From assembly GCA_965116875.1 (NCBI GenBank), contig OZ220733.1, forward strand, positions 1,120,001 through 1,184,000: DNA of 64,000 nt, in the 5' to 3' direction. The notes under the pieces are model-generated. The model worked only from the letters and a program-made list of their open reading frames with translations. It made no database searches and was not told the origin of the DNA. Position numbers and translations under genes: made by a program. This document shows, piece by piece, positions 38,338-47,856 of this stretch; within the stretch, counting starts at the first letter, position 1, and the number at the start of each line of letters is the position of its first letter. The DNA is from Candidatus Latescibacterota bacterium. Lineage in GTDB: Bacteria; Latescibacterota; UBA2968; GCA-2709665.

Positions 38338-40350
38338 ATGAAAAGGACCATTCGACGGACGGCGATGCTGCACTTTGAACGGGCGAGCTTTTCCAGGGAC
38401 TACGTGAAGTGGGTCGGCGAGGAGGGGTTTACGGACATCGGATTGGGACTGAAACCCGAAGACGATAAGATGACAGGGCAGGGATACGTCTGGGAAAAGG
38501 TCTGCCGGCTGGCGGAATGGGCCGGGGAATTCGGGCTGGGCGTGATCGTGTTTACGGGATACATGAAATACCGCGAGACGTTTCTGCGCACCCATCCCGA
38601 ACGCAGCCTCGTGTGCGTCGGCGGCAGCGGTACCGCGCTGGACAGCGACAATATCGTGAGGACACGGTGGCTCTGCCCGTTCCAGCCGGAGAACAAGGCG
38701 GAATACATGGACCTGATTCACAAGGTGATCCGGCTGCCGGCGCTTCGTGAAATCCATCTCAACGACGAGGCCGAGATCGGGTTCTCGAACGGTGACGTGG
38801 GCTGCTACTGCGAGCACTGCGTTGCGGAATACGAGCGTGACACCGGAGCGCCGCCGCCGCGGGAGGTCGACTGGGCCTCACCGTCCTGGTGGCGGTGGGT
38901 GCAGCACCGCATGGTGGCCTGGACCGCCGTTCACGCGTATTTTCGTGAGGAAATCAAGAACGTGCGGCCGGACGTCGTGGTGGGCATCCAGCATTCACCG
39001 AAGGTGGTGACCTTCAACGACAACCCCTGGCTTTCCGGCATCGACCTGTCCCGCGACGCGGAGGCCATGGACGTCCTGTGTACCGACCCGTACCACCACA
39101 TTCACTATTCTCATTTCACCTATCGTCCCATGCGCCGCATCCAGGCGGAGGCCGCGCGCGCGCTGGCAGGAGCGACCGTCGGCCGTTCCCTGTTCATCTA
39201 CCCCCAGGGCTTCATGCCGCCCTCGGGTAGCCTGGAGTTGACGCGGCGTGACGGATTCATGGCCGGGTCCGTTCCCTTTGCGCTGGGCGCGGAGAATATC
39301 TCGCCCTACACGTTCGATCTGTGCCAGATCATCCCGGGCTACTACGACGGGCTGCAGGACGCCGCGCGGCTGATTCCCTACTTTGAGAAAACCCGGCCCT
39401 ACAGCGCCGCCACGCTGATCAAACCTTCCCAGACGGAAATCTACGGGTATCCCGACAAACGATGGGGCCGGGAGGTTCTGGCGGTCTGGCCGGACGTGAT
39501 GAACCAGGTTGGGCTGCCCTGGCGATGGGTCTTCGACCGGCGGCTTCCGGATGCGGGGGATGCGTTGAGCGGCCCCGTCATCCTGCCGGACACCCACTGC
39601 CTCACGCGTGAACAGCGCGCCGTACTGGAATCGCATTCGGACGGCGGCAACGGGCTGCTCCGGGTGGGGCGGACGCCGTCCGGAGACTGGTCCGGCGAAG
39701 GCGCGCATCCACCCCCGCCCGGCGACGAGACAGGGCCTTCGGAATTGAAGCCGGTCGTTTCCGGCCACCCGCTGCTCGAGGGAATCGATGCGCCCGTCAT
39801 GCTGGGGTCGGCATTCCTGGAACCCGGTTTCGAAGGGGAAACGATCGCCGAAGTGGACGGGCGACCCGCGCTCGTTGCGGGAGAGTCCGGGCGGCGGCGC
39901 GAGGTCTGGCTGGCGGGAACGCCGCTGTTCAACTACGTGGAACCCGGAGACCACGGCGCCGTCCGCACCCCCACCGGCGGGATGACGCTGCTGCGGAACG
40001 CGCTGTCCTGGTTGTCCGCGAAAGCGCCCGTCGCGCGATTGTGGCCGTATCCGCCCAAAAACGATTACGGAGAGTTGCGTCCCTGGGACCGCCGTGACGT
40101 GCCGACAATGGAACTGTTTCCGGGTTTGGGAGACGGGTGCCTCGTCTGTCTGATTTTCAACTATCTGGGTCTGGCTTACGAGACCAGTCTGGAAATGCGG
40201 GTTCCGGAAGGCGCGACGGCAACCGCGTTGGTGGACATATATTCGGGCGAGGACCTGATGGGTTCCGCCGAAGTCGCCGGGCAGACCGTCCGGTTACCGC
40301 TAGACATGCCCGGCGACCAGGATTTCCTGGCCGTTGAACTGCAATGGTAG
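38338..40350 (+). CDS. TIM-barrel glycoside hydrolase-like protein (GH42-like architecture)
   Basis: LCP..P, LNDE, CYCEHC, TDPY, followed by a glutamine-amidotransferase-like trimerisation region. Confidence 0.6.
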   Translation: MKRTIRRTAMLHFERASFSRDYVKWVGEEGFTDIGLGLKPEDDKMTGQGYVWEKVCRLAEWAGEFGLGVIVFTGYMKYRETFLRTHPERSLVCVGGSGTALDSDNIVRTRWLCPFQPENKAEYMDLIHKVIRLPALREIHLNDEAEIGFSNGDVGCYCEHCVAEYERDTGAPPPREVDWASPSWWRWVQHRMVAWTAVHAYFREEIKNVRPDVVVGIQHSPKVVTFNDNPWLSGIDLSRDAEAMDVLCTDPYHHIHYSHFTYRPMRRIQAEAARALAGATVGRSLFIYPQGFMPPSGSLELTRRDGFMAGSVPFALGAENISPYTFDLCQIIPGYYDGLQDAARLIPYFEKTRPYSAATLIKPSQTEIYGYPDKRWGREVLAVWPDVMNQVGLPWRWVFDRRLPDAGDALSGPVILPDTHCLTREQRAVLESHSDGGNGLLRVGRTPSGDWSGEGAHPPPPGDETGPSELKPVVSGHPLLEGIDAPVMLGSAFLEPGFEGETIAEVDGRPALVAGESGRRREVWLAGTPLFNYVEPGDHGAVRTPTGGMTLLRNALSWLSAKAPVARLWPYPPKNDYGELRPWDRRDVPTMELFPGLGDGCLVCLIFNYLGLAYETSLEMRVPEGATATALVDIYSGEDLMGSAEVAGQTVRLPLDMPGDQDFLAVELQW

Positions 40351-40416
40351 CGCGGAAGCCCGATCCGGTAGCGCGAACTGGTACCGCAACCCGGTAGCGC
40401 GAACTGGCAGTTCGCG
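40347..40416 (+). repeat. GTAG-type REP cluster
   Basis: Three GTAGCGCG starts; the last is a full palindrome GTAG-CGCGAACTG-G-CAGTTCGCG. Confidence 0.65.
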
Positions 40417-40454
40417 GCTTATTGTCAGCCCATAACCCACGGAGGAACCAAACG

Positions 40455-41300
40455 ATGTCCGAACGAGCCGACGCGCATATCCATCTGTTCGAGGGAGGCT
40501 ACCAGGATTCCTTTATAAAGCGGTTGAACCGGCCCGTCGACGAAGCCGTCGTCTACGCATCGCTGGCGAAGGACCACGGGGTGAGGGCCGCGTTGATCGT
40601 GGGGTACGCGGACGTTCCATGGGCGGCGGAGAATACCCGCTATCTCACGCAGATGGCGGCCGAATACGACTGGGTGTATCCCGCGGCCTATTTCGACGCC
40701 TCGGAAGCGCCGACAACAGACGAGTTGGCGCGATTGCAGACCCACGGTTTCGTGGGCGTGAGCTTTTACATTTTCGGTCCGGAACGCGTGGATGCCCTCC
40801 TCGGCATTTCGGACGAGGTCTGGGCCTGGCTGGCTTCCAGACGCTGGCTGGTGAGCGTGAATTCGAAGGGCGACGACTGGAACGCCTGGCAGGACGTCCT
40901 CGGGCGGCATCCGGAGTTGCGTCTCGTCGTGTCCCACCTGGGCCTGCCGCCAAGACAGGCGGAAGCGCCCGGCCCCGGGCAGGCCCGAACCGCGATGGCC
41001 AGCGTGCTGGCGCTGGCGGAATTTCCTCAAGCGCGGGTCAAGCTGAGCGGCTTCTACGCGCTGACCGATCCGGGACACGATTATCCGCACCGCGCGGCCT
41101 GGCCGTACGTGGAAGTTCTGCTGGATGCCTACGGCGTTGAGCGGCTGCTGTGGGCGTCGGACTATTCGCCCTGCCTGGACTGTGTGACGTTTCCGCAGAC
41201 GTACGACCTGTTTTCGAAGATGCCGTTCCTCTCGGACGAGGACCGGACCCGCATCGAAGGCTCGAATCTTCTCACATTGCTGGAGGAGATCGAGCATTAA
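40455..41300 (+). CDS. Amidohydrolase_2 family protein (sugar lactonase-like)
   Basis: DAHIH, SHLGLP, VKLSG, RLLWASDYSP. Confidence 0.88.
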   Translation: MSERADAHIHLFEGGYQDSFIKRLNRPVDEAVVYASLAKDHGVRAALIVGYADVPWAAENTRYLTQMAAEYDWVYPAAYFDASEAPTTDELARLQTHGFVGVSFYIFGPERVDALLGISDEVWAWLASRRWLVSVNSKGDDWNAWQDVLGRHPELRLVVSHLGLPPRQAEAPGPGQARTAMASVLALAEFPQARVKLSGFYALTDPGHDYPHRAAWPYVEVLLDAYGVERLLWASDYSPCLDCVTFPQTYDLFSKMPFLSDEDRTRIEGSNLLTLLEEIEH

Positions 41301-41535
41301 CCATGATACGTAAATTTTCGTGGACGTTAATTCGAATATATGCAAGTTGATAAAGGCGATTAGACGGCGGATTACCAGGATTAACCGGGTCACTGGACGG
41401 GAACGGAAATATCATCCTTACGAACGACCTCGATACCCCGTTTGGCGCCGGTCCCTTCTGTGTCTTTTGTGCTTTTTGTGGCCAATTTGCCTGTTGTCAT
41501 TTTTCGAATCGAGGTTGAGACCGGCTTCGTTTCGC
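41298..41535 (+). repeat. Dispersed ~220-bp element, copy B, with a TTTTGTG 9-mer arm
   Basis: Colinear with 61300-61543; ends TAACCATGATACG / CGAATCGAGGTTGA form an imperfect inverted repeat. Confidence 0.85.
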
Positions 41536-41594
41536 GACAAAAAAGCTCACTGGTAACGCATTTGCATTCCGTGGTCTGCACCGGAGGGCCTGTA

Positions 41595-42587
41595 ATGGAA
41601 AAACTGGGCGTTGGGATTGTGGGCATCGGACACGCGGGACGGGAACATTTCAAGGCGTTTGACGAGAATCCAGATGCCGAAGTGCGGGCGGCCTGGGCGC
41701 CGAGCGTGCGCAGACTGGACCTGTTCCCCGGTTCCATGGACCTGTTTACTTCGACGTATGAGACGATGCTGGTACGCGACGATATCGACGTCATCTCTCT
41801 TTGCAGCCCCAACTACGCGCACGCGGATCAGGCGGTTGCGGCACTGGAAGCAGGCAAGCACGTGATCTGCGAGAAACCCCTGGCGACCACGCTGGAGGAC
41901 TGCGAACGGATCGTGCGGGCGGCCGACGCGCAGCCGGCGCTCAAGTTCATGGTGGGGCAGAGCGCGCGGTTCAATCCCATCTGCAAGACAATCAAACGCA
42001 TGTACGACGACGGAGAACTGGGGGAAGCCTTTTACGCCGAGGCGGACTATCTGCACAACATCGGGAAACGGATCAAGGACTGGTGGGTCGACGACCGGAA
42101 TCCGCACTTCGGCCTGATGGGGGGCGGCGTCCACCCCATCGATCTCCTGCGATGGATCGTTGGCGATATCGACGAAGTATTCGCCATTTCCAACCACAAG
42201 GTGCTCGCCGAATTTCCGCATGACGACGCATACCTGATGAATTTCAGATTCGAGAACGGTTGCATGGGCAAGATGGCCGCGTTTCTCGGATGCCAGCGTC
42301 CGTACGAACTGAATCTCGCCATATACGGCACAAGGGGCACGGCGATTAACGACAGGTTATACCTCAGCAAAGTCGAGGAACTGGAGGATTTCATCCGGCT
42401 GCCAATTACGATTCTCGCCGAGCACCCCACGTTCGGCGAAGAGATGGCGCATTTTGTGGACAGTATTCTGAACGACACGACGCCGATGATCGACGTGCGG
42501 GACGGGGCGAAATCCGCCGCCACCTGCATCGCGGGCGCGGAGTCCATCAGGACCGGCAGACCCGTCCGCGTGAGGAACTCGTTTTGA
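41595..42587 (+). CDS. Gfo/Idh/MocA family oxidoreductase
   Basis: GIVGIG, CEKPLA, GGVHPID. Confidence 0.92.
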   Translation: MEKLGVGIVGIGHAGREHFKAFDENPDAEVRAAWAPSVRRLDLFPGSMDLFTSTYETMLVRDDIDVISLCSPNYAHADQAVAALEAGKHVICEKPLATTLEDCERIVRAADAQPALKFMVGQSARFNPICKTIKRMYDDGELGEAFYAEADYLHNIGKRIKDWWVDDRNPHFGLMGGGVHPIDLLRWIVGDIDEVFAISNHKVLAEFPHDDAYLMNFRFENGCMGKMAAFLGCQRPYELNLAIYGTRGTAINDRLYLSKVEELEDFIRLPITILAEHPTFGEEMAHFVDSILNDTTPMIDVRDGAKSAATCIAGAESIRTGRPVRVRNSF

Positions 42588-42725
42588 AATCCGTTCATTT
42601 ATCGTGAATCATTCATTAGAAATGTCGGTTTCTACTCCAGTTCGACCTGGCGGGGCTTTTTCCTGTTCATCCTGTCCATCCATGTGAGTTTGGGTTTTTG
42701 ATTTGAAGAGGTCACGGAGAATCCG

Positions 42726-43523
42726 ATGAAGCTATCGCTGTCCGGTCGGCTGGTTGAAATGACGAAACAGTCCTATGCGATGACGGTGGAAGAATTCCTG
42801 CAGCTTACGGTCAGCGCGGGTTATGAGGGCGTGCACCTGAGGGACGGACAGATCGATCACCTCATCAGGGAGGAACGATTCGATGAGGTTGAAGCCCTCT
42901 ATGCCGGACACGGGCTGGGCTGCAGCATGCTCTGGGGACGGCTGGATTCGGATTCGTTCGACGCGGACCTGACCCGGAAGAAACTGGCGCTGCTGCCGCG
43001 TGTCGGGCTGGACCAGTTGATGATCGGATATCCAACGGACGTCGATTTGATCCGTGAATGGTGCGACCTGGCCGCACGGCAGGAAATCACCCTTGTCATC
43101 GCCTGTCATTTCAACAGCATGTTCGAGGATATCCACCGTGCCCGGGATTTCATCGTAAAGGTGGACCGCCCCAACCTCGGGCTGAACGTCGATCCGTTGA
43201 ATATCCACATGGCGGAACAGGACTACGGGCTGGCCACCCTGGAACAGGTGAGAGATCTGCTGTGCATCGTCAACGTACAGGGCGGCGTGCTGCACCAGGG
43301 CGAGCAGACCATTCGCCGGTACTACCTGAAGACCACTCCGACGTTTCGAAGGGCATATCTTTGCGACGAGGACCATCTCGACGTCCCCGGGTTCATATCG
43401 AATCTGAAAACCATCGGATATCAAGGGTACGTCAACGTCCTCGAACCGTATTCGAGGGACGAAGACCTCTCTCGGGTGGCGTCGGCAACGGCGCGCATGC
43501 TCCGGGGTTACATCGATGGATGA
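42726..43523 (+). CDS. Sugar-phosphate isomerase/epimerase (AP-endonuclease 2 TIM barrel)
   Basis: GYEGVHLR, NLGLNVDPLN, GYQGYVNVLE. Confidence 0.75.
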   Translation: MKLSLSGRLVEMTKQSYAMTVEEFLQLTVSAGYEGVHLRDGQIDHLIREERFDEVEALYAGHGLGCSMLWGRLDSDSFDADLTRKKLALLPRVGLDQLMIGYPTDVDLIREWCDLAARQEITLVIACHFNSMFEDIHRARDFIVKVDRPNLGLNVDPLNIHMAEQDYGLATLEQVRDLLCIVNVQGGVLHQGEQTIRRYYLKTTPTFRRAYLCDEDHLDVPGFISNLKTIGYQGYVNVLEPYSRDEDLSRVASATARMLRGYIDG

Positions 43524-43576
43524 CCACGGGTAATGGCGCCCGGACTTGGTTCCATGCCCGGATGTCGTGTGTGAAG

Positions 43577-43600
43577 GTGGGGCAGACATTCCTGTCTGCC
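43577..43600 (+). repeat. GTGG-type REP (second copy inverted at 53047-53070)
   Basis: GTGG-GGCAGACA-TTCC-TGTCTGCC; both copies are preceded by TGAAG. Confidence 0.75.
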
Positions 43601-43703
43601 GGTCTCCATACGCGTCCTGGCAGGCAGCAAAACAGCGCCCGGGTCGGGGTCCGCACGTTCCTTCGATCATTATAAATTCATCTAATCGCGGTATGAAAAA
43701 TAC

Positions 43704-43754
43704 TTGACAGCGTTAATTTTCGTGCATTAATTGCGATATGTAGTAATCCTACTA
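43704..43754 (+). promoter_or_regulatory. Probable sigma70 promoter with a downstream palindromic operator
   Basis: TTGACA at 43704, AT-rich TGCATTAAT -10 region, and TAGTA-ATCC-TACTA inverted repeat at 43741-43754. Confidence 0.45.
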
Positions 43755-43928
43755 TTGAGAATCGACCGGTACAAATTCCAACCTTTTGATCGAACACGTG
43801 CGCAGAGACAACGGACAACCACACCGCGAGGAGGTGATGATTCGACTGGATTGAGGGTGCGTTTTGCAAAAAGGCGCCGGAGTGTCCGGATGTTGCTCGT
43901 GACATCTGAATCATCAAGGAGGTTGAAT

Positions 43929-44645
43929 ATGCGTAACGGTGTGTTGGTGTGTATGGCGGCGGCGCTGCTGCTGCTTTCGGGGGGAACGGCCTATGGGGGC
44001 GGCGTGGCCGGAAGTTGGGGGCTCGGGACGTTCCTGGACTACAACCGGTCCATCTTCAAGCTGAAGGACTGGTATGAAACCGGCCGGGGGCAGGCCGGCG
44101 TGGTGTTCACCTACGTGATGAGTCCACGCACCAGCGTGGAGATGGAGTTTCACCGGTCCATCTTCGAGAACGGAGTACTGGAAGACACTCCGTTTACCTG
44201 GCCCATAGACGGCAGGGACTACAAGTCCCCCAATGCTGCGAGCGAGATGCGTATCAGCAGCTTTCTGGTGAACGCGGTGGTCAGACGTGGAGGCGGAGGC
44301 ATCCTGGCCAAGGAGAAGTATTCCACCTACGTGACCGTCGGCGCTGGCTTCTACGACTACAAGACGGACGTGAGCGGACTGATCTTTCCCGGTCAGCGTG
44401 AAGCGCCCCTCGACAAGGAACTGGTGATCGAGCCGTTCAGCGATTCGCGCACGGCGCTCGGCGCCAACGTGGGCCTGGGCGTGGAGGCGTTTGTGTTCGA
44501 CAACATTTCGCTGGACGTGCGCGCGCGGTACAACCTCCTGTTGGGCGAGTTGAGGCCGATGGAAGCGTGGGGCCTCGAGGGCCAGACGTTTCCGATGCAA
44601 TTCCTGAATGCGCGGGGAGGCATCCGGTTCTACTTCAAGAAATAA
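43929..44645 (+). CDS. Small outer-membrane beta-barrel protein (OmpA/OmpW-like)
   Basis: Signal peptide; YVTVGAGFY, GANVGLGVE, C-terminal GIRFYF. Confidence 0.8.
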   Translation: MRNGVLVCMAAALLLLSGGTAYGGGVAGSWGLGTFLDYNRSIFKLKDWYETGRGQAGVVFTYVMSPRTSVEMEFHRSIFENGVLEDTPFTWPIDGRDYKSPNAASEMRISSFLVNAVVRRGGGGILAKEKYSTYVTVGAGFYDYKTDVSGLIFPGQREAPLDKELVIEPFSDSRTALGANVGLGVEAFVFDNISLDVRARYNLLLGELRPMEAWGLEGQTFPMQFLNARGGIRFYFKK

Positions 44646-44724
44646 CAACGCAGGCGTGGTGGCATTTTTTAATTAGAGTTGAAATGACCTGAACGTGAAG
44701 CAGACGCCGCGAAAAGGAGGAACC

Positions 44725-47700
44725 ATGAGCAGGCTCAGGATTTTCACGGGCGCTGTGGTCGTCTTGTTTGCCTTGTTCTTTGCAGCCAGTGCGGTCATGG
44801 CCGCGACAACCGGCAAGATCGTCGGTCGCGTGACCGATGAGAAGGGGCAACCCCTGCCGGGGGCGAGTGTGGCGCTTGAGGGAGCCCGGCTGGGTGGAAC
44901 GACCGACGCTGACGGATTCTACGTGATCGTCTCCGTCACGCCCGGCCAGTACAAGCTGACGGCATCGATGGTGGGGTATCACTCGGTGGTCAAAGAGCAG
45001 GTGGGCGTACGGGTGGACTTCACCACAACGGTTGACTTCCAGCTTCGTGAAACCGAACTGGAACTGGAAGAGATGGTGGTGGTCGCCGAGAGACCGCCAG
45101 TGGATCCCGACAAGACGGACAGCCGTTACGTCGTGACCGCCGAGGAGATCGATCGAACGCCCATTCTGAGAAATGTCACCGAGGTCCTGGAGTTGGAGCC
45201 GGGCTATGCCGTTGACGGCAGCGGCGCCATCCGGGGCTGGGTGGCCAGCCACAACGTCGTCTACATCGACGGCGTCCCCGTTTCCGGCAGAGACGGGCGC
45301 GGCATCGGCGGCGGATGGGGCGACGGTGGCGAGAGACAGTGGTACGGCGTCAACCTGAAGGCCGTGCAGGAGGTCTCGGTCATCACGGGCGGAATGAACG
45401 CCGAGTACGGAAACGCGCAGGCAGGCGTGATCCAGATCGTAACGCGCGACGGCGGCGCACAATATCACGGCGAGGCGGAGTATCGTCTCACCCCTGCCGG
45501 CAAGAAACACTGGGGCGAGAATGTCTACGAGGCGCCGGAACTGCGTGGAAACGCGAAGTGGAACGATCCGGCGTGGACGTCCGAGGTGGACCCCGAAACG
45601 GGAAATCTCGTCCACCCGCGAACCAACTACACGGACTGGCGGGGCCACTACCTGGATGGGTTTCTGAGCGGTCCCCTGTTCGGGGAGGCGTCATTCTTCG
45701 CCAGCGCCCGGCACCTGCGTGACGCCGCCGTGCTTCCCGGGCCGTGGCGAACCCGGCCGCCGAACCTCCGGACCACGGCAAAGCTGACGGTCCCGGCGGG
45801 GTCGAACATGAAGCTGCGGATCGGATGGATGTACGACTTCTCCGAGAATGTCAACAACGGACGGCTGTCCCGGTACAGCTTTCCGAACGTCATCCGGGGA
45901 ACGGGACGCGACCTCTTTATTCCCGATGGATCGGTCGCGGGCGAGGAAAAACAGACGGACAACATGATCTATGGCGTTATTACCCATACTATCAGCCCCA
46001 GGACGTTTTACGAGGTAAGCGTGTCGCGCTACCGGAGCGCTACAGACACCAGCGGCGTGGGGAATAAGACGACGGCCGTCAGGACCGACAGCGAAGGGTA
46101 CTTCTACATCGGCCGGGAGGACGTCTGGGCATTCAAGGTCGGCGAGCAGAACCGTTTCAGCCTGAAGGCCGATCTCTCCAGCCAGATGACCCGCGGACAC
46201 TTCGCCAAGACCGGCTTCGAGTTCATGACGTTCGAGAACTGGTGGACGTGGACCGGCATGACGCCCGGCGACGCGAAACGGGATATCCGTTACATCGGGC
46301 AGCCCGAACCCGGCGAGGCCGTGACGCCCAGACAGTTCGGCGCGTACGTCCAGGACAAAATGGAGTTCGAGGGGCTGATCGTCAACGTCGGCCTGCGCTA
46401 CGACCGCCTGTGGGGTCAGGACGTTCAGTTGCTGCCGTCGTTCACGTCGGGGTGGTACAACACAATGGATACGTTCATCCAGGCGCCCACCGGGCCCATG
46501 CGGACCATACAGGGCTGGAGCCCCAGGCTGGGTATCTCACACCCCATCACGGCCAGGTCCAGCATGCATTTCTACTACGGCCGATACATGATGATCCCCT
46601 CCTTCCGGCACCAGTTCGGAAGCCATTGGGAGACGGCTTCCGGGCCGGACGGGATTCCCGGCGTCCCGTGGAGTCATTTCAACGCGAAAGACGAAAGCTA
46701 CGGCGCCAACGTCATCAGCCCGGTCTGGGACCACGGTCACCCCACGACCAGTTTTGAGGTGGGCACCGACTGGAACTTCGTAAGCGACTATGTCTTTTCT
46801 CTGGCGGCGTTCTACAAGAGCGGCCATCTTCAGAGCACAGGCATCTGGCACGACGCCGTCGATCCTGTCACGGGCAGGACGGGCGCCATCGGGGGCACGT
46901 ACGGTTCCGAACGCACGGAAGACGTCAAGGGGTTCGAGTTCAGCATGCGGAAGGGCTTCAGCAACTTTTTCGCCTTCCGCGCCGCTTTGAATCTGGAGTG
47001 GCTGGAAGCCATCCACTGGCTGGGCGACCCGGAGACGGTTGCCAGCGTCCTGGTCTATCCCGACCGGAGTTTCATCGCCAGCGGAAGGTATCACAAGGAA
47101 TGGCGCGTCGCGGGCGGCCGAAGGGAACCGGTCCCGCTTACGGCGGAGGAGATCAAAACGCTTGGCGACAAAGCGGAAGAAAACCTGCAAAAGGTCCGGG
47201 AAAACGTGAATGCCTTCAACGCCCGCGGCTCGGCGCCTCTCCAGCCTGCGTGGGAAGTCGAGGGCCTGACGGACGAAGCGCGGGAATGGCTTCAGGGCAT
47301 CTGGTTTCAGAAGTTCTGGTTCAGTACCGGCAATATCTTCACGCGCGGACGCCGCAGCCAGGGCAGCCTTCAGATGTTCTTCTCCTCCCCGCTCGACTAC
47401 GGTCCGGGCGCAAAGTACGCGGGCGCCACGCTGTTCGGCGGCATCAACGCGAACCTGATCTACCGGATCTACACGGGCAGCAAGTTCAATTACATCAAGC
47501 TGACCGGAGCCAACACGCCGGCAAGACGGCCCTTGCACACGGAAGCCGACCTGAACCTGCAGAAGCACTTCCGGTTCGGGAACGTGAACGCCGATGTGTT
47601 CGTGGAAGTGTTCAACCTGTTCAACCAGCAGGACGCCAGCAGCGTCACCGGAACCGACTACATGTGGTGGGGGCTCCAGCAGCCCAGGCCCAACGACGCG

Positions 47701-47790
47701 ACGTACCTTAATTACGGGGACGTTTCAGACCGTTCGCGCTATATAGGCAATCCCCGGATAACGCACATGGGAATCAGGTTGAGCTTCTGA
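44725..47790 (+). CDS. TonB-dependent receptor with N-terminal carboxypeptidase-regulatory-like domain
   Basis: TTGKIVGRVTD..G.PLPGA, plug motif GG.NAEYGNAQAGVI.IVT, YVQDKMEF..N.GLRYD, SPRLGISHP, FNLFN, C-terminal Phe. Confidence 0.92.
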   Translation: MSRLRIFTGAVVVLFALFFAASAVMAATTGKIVGRVTDEKGQPLPGASVALEGARLGGTTDADGFYVIVSVTPGQYKLTASMVGYHSVVKEQVGVRVDFTTTVDFQLRETELELEEMVVVAERPPVDPDKTDSRYVVTAEEIDRTPILRNVTEVLELEPGYAVDGSGAIRGWVASHNVVYIDGVPVSGRDGRGIGGGWGDGGERQWYGVNLKAVQEVSVITGGMNAEYGNAQAGVIQIVTRDGGAQYHGEAEYRLTPAGKKHWGENVYEAPELRGNAKWNDPAWTSEVDPETGNLVHPRTNYTDWRGHYLDGFLSGPLFGEASFFASARHLRDAAVLPGPWRTRPPNLRTTAKLTVPAGSNMKLRIGWMYDFSENVNNGRLSRYSFPNVIRGTGRDLFIPDGSVAGEEKQTDNMIYGVITHTISPRTFYEVSVSRYRSATDTSGVGNKTTAVRTDSEGYFYIGREDVWAFKVGEQNRFSLKADLSSQMTRGHFAKTGFEFMTFENWWTWTGMTPGDAKRDIRYIGQPEPGEAVTPRQFGAYVQDKMEFEGLIVNVGLRYDRLWGQDVQLLPSFTSGWYNTMDTFIQAPTGPMRTIQGWSPRLGISHPITARSSMHFYYGRYMMIPSFRHQFGSHWETASGPDGIPGVPWSHFNAKDESYGANVISPVWDHGHPTTSFEVGTDWNFVSDYVFSLAAFYKSGHLQSTGIWHDAVDPVTGRTGAIGGTYGSERTEDVKGFEFSMRKGFSNFFAFRAALNLEWLEAIHWLGDPETVASVLVYPDRSFIASGRYHKEWRVAGGRREPVPLTAEEIKTLGDKAEENLQKVRENVNAFNARGSAPLQPAWEVEGLTDEAREWLQGIWFQKFWFSTGNIFTRGRRSQGSLQMFFSSPLDYGPGAKYAGATLFGGINANLIYRIYTGSKFNYIKLTGANTPARRPLHTEADLNLQKHFRFGNVNADVFVEVFNLFNQQDASSVTGTDYMWWGLQQPRPNDATYLNYGDVSDRSRYIGNPRITHMGIRLSF

Positions 47791-47856
47791 CGTGAGTGAG
47801 CCCCTCCGGAGAAGGAGGGACCGAACTCATTGGTCATCTTTGAGGAGGTCAAGGAA

